DNA of 64,000 nucleotides, taken from contig OY761614.1 of assembly GCA_963664825.1 (NCBI GenBank), positions 448,001 through 512,000 of the forward strand, written 5' to 3'. Shown piece by piece: positions 60,479 through 64,000 of the stretch. Both the position numbers and the translations under genes were made by a program. Position 1 is the first letter of the stretch, and each line of letters starts with the position of its first letter. The notes beneath the pieces are model-generated. The model was not told where the DNA came from. It saw only the letters and a list, made by a program, of their open reading frames with translations, and did no database searches. The DNA comes from an uncultured Holophaga sp. GTDB taxonomy: Bacteria; Acidobacteriota; Holophagae; Holophagales; Holophagaceae.

Positions 60479-61476
60479 ATGTTCCAGATCACGCTCACGG
60501 CCCAGGCACTGGCGGAACGCTTAGGGGGCGCCCTGCAGAACTGCCCGCCGGAGCGCAGGCTCACCCGCGTGATGCCTCTCGACGAGGCCGAGCCTGATGC
60601 GGTCAGTTTCCTCGCCAACACCAAATACCATGCCCTGGCCCTCCAGAGCGCCGCGGGCCTGATCCTGGCCGATCCCCGGACCGATCTGGGCGACCACCCA
60701 CGACTGGTGATGGATAACCCCTACTGGGGCTTCGCCCAGGCCGTGGGCCTGCTGCACCCCGAGCCCGAGCCCGTCTGGTCGGAAGCCCCCATCGACCCCA
60801 GCGCCAGGCTCGGGGAAGGCTGCCGCGTCGGCCCCGGCGTCAGCATCGGCGCCCGCACCGTGCTGGGCGCGGGTTGCGTGCTCCATCCCGGCGTCCGCAT
60901 CGCCGAGGACTGCGTGCTCGCCGACGGCTGCGAACTCTTCAGCGGCGTCGTGCTCTATCGCCGCACGCACCTGGGGAACCGCGTGCGGATCCACGCCAAC
61001 TCCGTCCTGGGCAGCGACGGCTTCGGCTACGTGATGGTGAATGGCCGCCACGAGAAGGTGCCCCAGGTGGGCTTCGTGGAGGTGGGCGACGATGTGGAGA
61101 TCGGCGCCTGCGTCACCATCGACCGCGGCGCCCTGGGCCCCACCCGCGTGCGCAAGGGCACGAAAATCGACAATCTCTGCCAGATCGCCCACAACGTCCA
61201 GGTCGGCGAGCACTGTCTCATCGTCAGCCAGACGGGGATATCGGGCTCCACCACCCTGGGCGACTACGTGACCATGGCGGCAAGGTGGGCACGGCGGGCC
61301 ACATCCACATCGGCAGCCGCAGCATCGTCAGCGGCAATAGCATGGTGGCCAAGGATCTGCCCGAAGGCAGCTTCGTCAGCGGCTACCTGGCCCGCCCTCA
61401 CCGCCAGTGGATGGAGGCCCAGGCCGCCCTGAACCGCCTCCCTGCCCTGCTGAAGCGGCTCGCGAAGAAGGGGTGA
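60479..61476 (+). CDS. lpxD: UDP-3-O-acylglucosamine N-acyltransferase, 1-bp frameshift at about 61276
   Basis: SFLANTKY, NPY, hexapeptide repeats, GSDGFGY, TIDRG, KIDNLCQIAHNV; the C-terminus GGKVG.AGHI continues in another frame to the stop at 61476. Confidence 0.92.
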
Positions 61477-61483
61477 GACCTCC

Positions 61484-62899
61484 TCACCCCATCGCGTGCA
61501 GGTTCGTACCCCCCACCAGGGCCCTCAGATCATCGGCTCCGGGGCTTAAGGGCAGGATGCGCAGGTTCACGGCCTTGCCAGATTCCGTCAGTTCGCGCTC
61601 CACATCAGCGCGCTGGGATTCCATCATTCCGGGCTGTTCGGTCCAGATGCGCACAGAGAGCGCGTTCCCCGAGCTCTGAAGGCCCACGCGGGTCTCCCCC
61701 AGGTGGCTGAGATTCAACGAAAGCAGCACGCGACAGGTCTGTTCCTGGCCCGGCGCGCTTTTCCCGGAAGCATCCTCCTCCACCCACATCTGGAGAGGGC
61801 TGCTCCCCACCCAGGGGAGGGGAATCTCGAAGAAGGCCGTGCCCTCCTGGGCCTGGAGGGCGTGGAAGGGCGCCTCTCTGGGCGAGACCTCGGGATCGGC
61901 CAGGGCGCGCATGCTGCCCTTGAGCCAGGCCTCCCAGGCTTCCGGAACCTGGACTGCGGGACCCGCGTGGGCATTCACGGCCTCTTGAACCCGGGTGGTT
62001 TCGGCCTGAGTCAGCAGGCGCGAGGGGAGAAGGGGCTCTCCCTTGACCGCCCGGAGGGGCTGGGAGGAGGGAGGGGCCGCAGCCTCCGGCGCGCTCCGGG
62101 AGAGCAGGCTCCGGATCCAGCCGTCCAGGGCGCTGCGGTGATCCTGGGGAATCTCAACCCGTTGCATGAGCCCCTGGAAATTCGCCAGGATTTCATCAGC
62201 AGTGGCAGCCTGGACAAGGGGGGCTGTTCGTCCCTCTTCCAGGCTTGCCAGCACCTCCTTCAGGCCTTCCCGCACCGCCACCGTGGCACCTTCGGCCAGC
62301 GTCGGGAGCCTGGCAGCAAGAGTCTCCGGAGTCGCATCAGGGGCGCTCAGCACCCGCGCCAGGCTGGCACGCAGCTCCGTTGGCAGGGCGGCGATGGCCC
62401 TGGCGAGCACAGGGGTGGGAGGGAGCACCACCGGGAGCGCCCCGGAAGAGGGGGATGGGGCCGGAGGTTCTTGGGGGGCGCCGCCCAGGATCTGCAGCAG
62501 GTGGATGAGGGGCGCAAGTTCAGGCGCCGGCGAGGTCTGGAGGAGCCGCGCCGTTAGGGCCGTCGCCTCGCCCTGCACGAGGGGCGCCAGCACGGCAGGA
62601 GTTCCCGGAGGCCGGGCCTCGAGGGTCTGCAACTTCAGGGTTCCCCCATCGGCCTCCACGCGCACCCGCAATTGCGTTCCCTCCGGGAAGGGCAGTTCCC
62701 CCTGCACCGTCACCACACGGCCGCCGGGCAGCTCCAGTTTGGCGCCCTCGGCACTCTGACTCAGGAAGAGCACGCTCAATTCCTGTCCCACCGACTGGAA
62801 CAGGGCCTCGAGTTCCGCAGAGGGCAGCTGCAGGGTCTGGAGGATGGCCGCAAGATTGGGGATGGGTGAGGTGATGGGGTCCATAGCCATGGGGTTCAT
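61484..62899 (-). CDS. Hypothetical protein with FliK-like C-terminal domain
   Basis: Pro/Ala-rich centre; C-terminal FFEIPLP..LNLSHLGETRVGL..LSVRIWTE; ATGA overlap with the cheB stop. Confidence 0.6.
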   Translation of the reverse strand: MNPMAMDPITSPIPNLAAILQTLQLPSAELEALFQSVGQELSVLFLSQSAEGAKLELPGGRVVTVQGELPFPEGTQLRVRVEADGGTLKLQTLEARPPGTPAVLAPLVQGEATALTARLLQTSPAPELAPLIHLLQILGGAPQEPPAPSPSSGALPVVLPPTPVLARAIAALPTELRASLARVLSAPDATPETLAARLPTLAEGATVAVREGLKEVLASLEEGRTAPLVQAATADEILANFQGLMQRVEIPQDHRSALDGWIRSLLSRSAPEAAAPPSSQPLRAVKGEPLLPSRLLTQAETTRVQEAVNAHAGPAVQVPEAWEAWLKGSMRALADPEVSPREAPFHALQAQEGTAFFEIPLPWVGSSPLQMWVEEDASGKSAPGQEQTCRVLLSLNLSHLGETRVGLQSSGNALSVRIWTEQPGMMESQRADVERELTESGKAVNLRILPLSPGADDLRALVGGTNLHAMG

Positions 62900-63975
62900 A
62901 CCCCGAAGTGCCGCCTGATGATGCCCGCCATCTCCTGGAGGGGCGCGACCTGATCCACACAGCCGCGTTCGAAGGCGGCCCGGGGCATGCCGTAGACGAT
63001 GCAGCTCTCCTCGGCCTCGGCCAGGGTGTGGGAGCCCTTGGCCTTGAGCATCTGCATGCCCTTGGCCCCATCGCTGCCCATGCCCGTGAGGATCATGGCC
63101 AACACCTGTTTGGAGCATTCCTGGGCGATGCTCTGGAACATGGCATCCACCGAGGGTTTGTGCAGGCTCTCGGCGGGTTCGGCATTGAGTTCGATGATGG
63201 CCTGGGTGCCGCGCAGCCTGTAATTCAGGTGGATGCCCCCGGGAGCGATGTAGACAGTGCCTGGCCGGATCGTCTCTCCGTGCTCGGCCTCCTTGACCTC
63301 CACCTGGCAGAGGCCGTTGAGACGCTCGGCGAAAGGCTTGGTGAAGCTGGCGGGCATGTGCTGGACGATGAGGCAGGGCACCGGCAGCCCCTTGGGGAGG
63401 GCGGGCAGGAGATCCTGGAGGGCCTTCGGCCCCCCCGTGGAGCATCCGATGGTCAGCAGTTCCGCCATGGGATGCCCGGCGATCACGCCACTGAAGGCGG
63501 GACGGACGAGCGCGACTCCGGGCCGGGGAGGTGCGGGCGGCGTGGGGGGCTTGAGGCTGGGTTTACGGAAGCGGGGACTCCGGGCCAGCTTCCGCACCTT
63601 CTCCTGGAGATCCCGCTGGATCTGCAGGATGCTGCCCGAAGCCAAGCTGGATTCCTTGGGAATGAAGTCCAGGGCGCCCGCCGCCAAGGCATCCAGGGTG
63701 GCCTGAGCCCCTTCCTGGGTGAGGCTGGAGACCATGAGCACCGGCAGGGGATGCTCCACCATGATCCGCTTGAGACAGGCCAGCCCGTCCATCCGCGGCA
63801 TCTCGACATCCAAGGTGACGATATCGGGTTTGAGTTCGGGGATCTTCTCGAGTGCGTCCAGGCCATCCCGGGCCGTGCCCACCACCTGGATGTCCTCGGC
63901 GGCCACCAGCATGCGCTCCAGGGCCTTCCGCATGAAGGGGCTGTCATCGACGATCAGGACGCGAATGGGATCCAT
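62896..63975 (-). CDS. cheB: Chemotaxis response regulator protein-glutamate methylesterase
   Basis: VDDSPFMR, TLDVEMP; GCSTGGP, VQHMP, ILTGMGSDG, VYGMP. Confidence 0.96.
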   Translation of the reverse strand: MDPIRVLIVDDSPFMRKALERMLVAAEDIQVVGTARDGLDALEKIPELKPDIVTLDVEMPRMDGLACLKRIMVEHPLPVLMVSSLTQEGAQATLDALAAGALDFIPKESSLASGSILQIQRDLQEKVRKLARSPRFRKPSLKPPTPPAPPRPGVALVRPAFSGVIAGHPMAELLTIGCSTGGPKALQDLLPALPKGLPVPCLIVQHMPASFTKPFAERLNGLCQVEVKEAEHGETIRPGTVYIAPGGIHLNYRLRGTQAIIELNAEPAESLHKPSVDAMFQSIAQECSKQVLAMILTGMGSDGAKGMQMLKAKGSHTLAEAEESCIVYGMPRAAFERGCVDQVAPLQEMAGIIRRHFGV

Positions 63976-64000
63976 GTGGGGGGGCTTCTTTCAATCCTGA

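Noticed and set aside
62900..63445. N-terminal extension of the FliK-like ORF
   Set aside because: Off-frame overlap with cheB

Overview
High-GC (about 65-68% by eye), gene-dense window from a Gram-negative bacterium. The gene content suggests Acidobacteriota/Holophagae, but this is inference only. Left to right: (1) a minus-strand peptide-scavenging cluster (RpiR, TonB receptor, secreted cyanophycinase, M14 peptidase, IadA, YfcC transporter, M28 peptidase) that looks like a cyanophycin/beta-aspartyl utilisation locus. (2) A complete type I-E CRISPR-Cas island (cas3, cse1, cse2, cas7, cas5, cas6e, cas1, cas2) with 109 full 29-bp repeats and 109 spacers of 32 bp. It follows a C-terminally truncated SDR gene, and its last repeat is cut by a solo IS21-family-like terminal sequence. 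Two spacer pairs differ by a single seed-region base. (3) clpS-clpA and small accessory genes. (4) An about 18 kb glycerolipid/possible ether-lipid catabolic region (FadL-like porin, 5'-nucleotidase, lipase, glpK, three-gene G3P dehydrogenase, YtfJ, ALDH, DUF2804, GntR with a palindromic operator, GlpD-like enzyme, FGGY kinase, alkyl-DHAP-synthase-like oxidase). (5) Housekeeping genes (rluD, lgt, lpxD, FliK-like, cheB). Two 1-bp homopolymer frameshifts (ADPS-like gene and lpxD) are probably assembly errors. No rRNA or tRNA was recognised.
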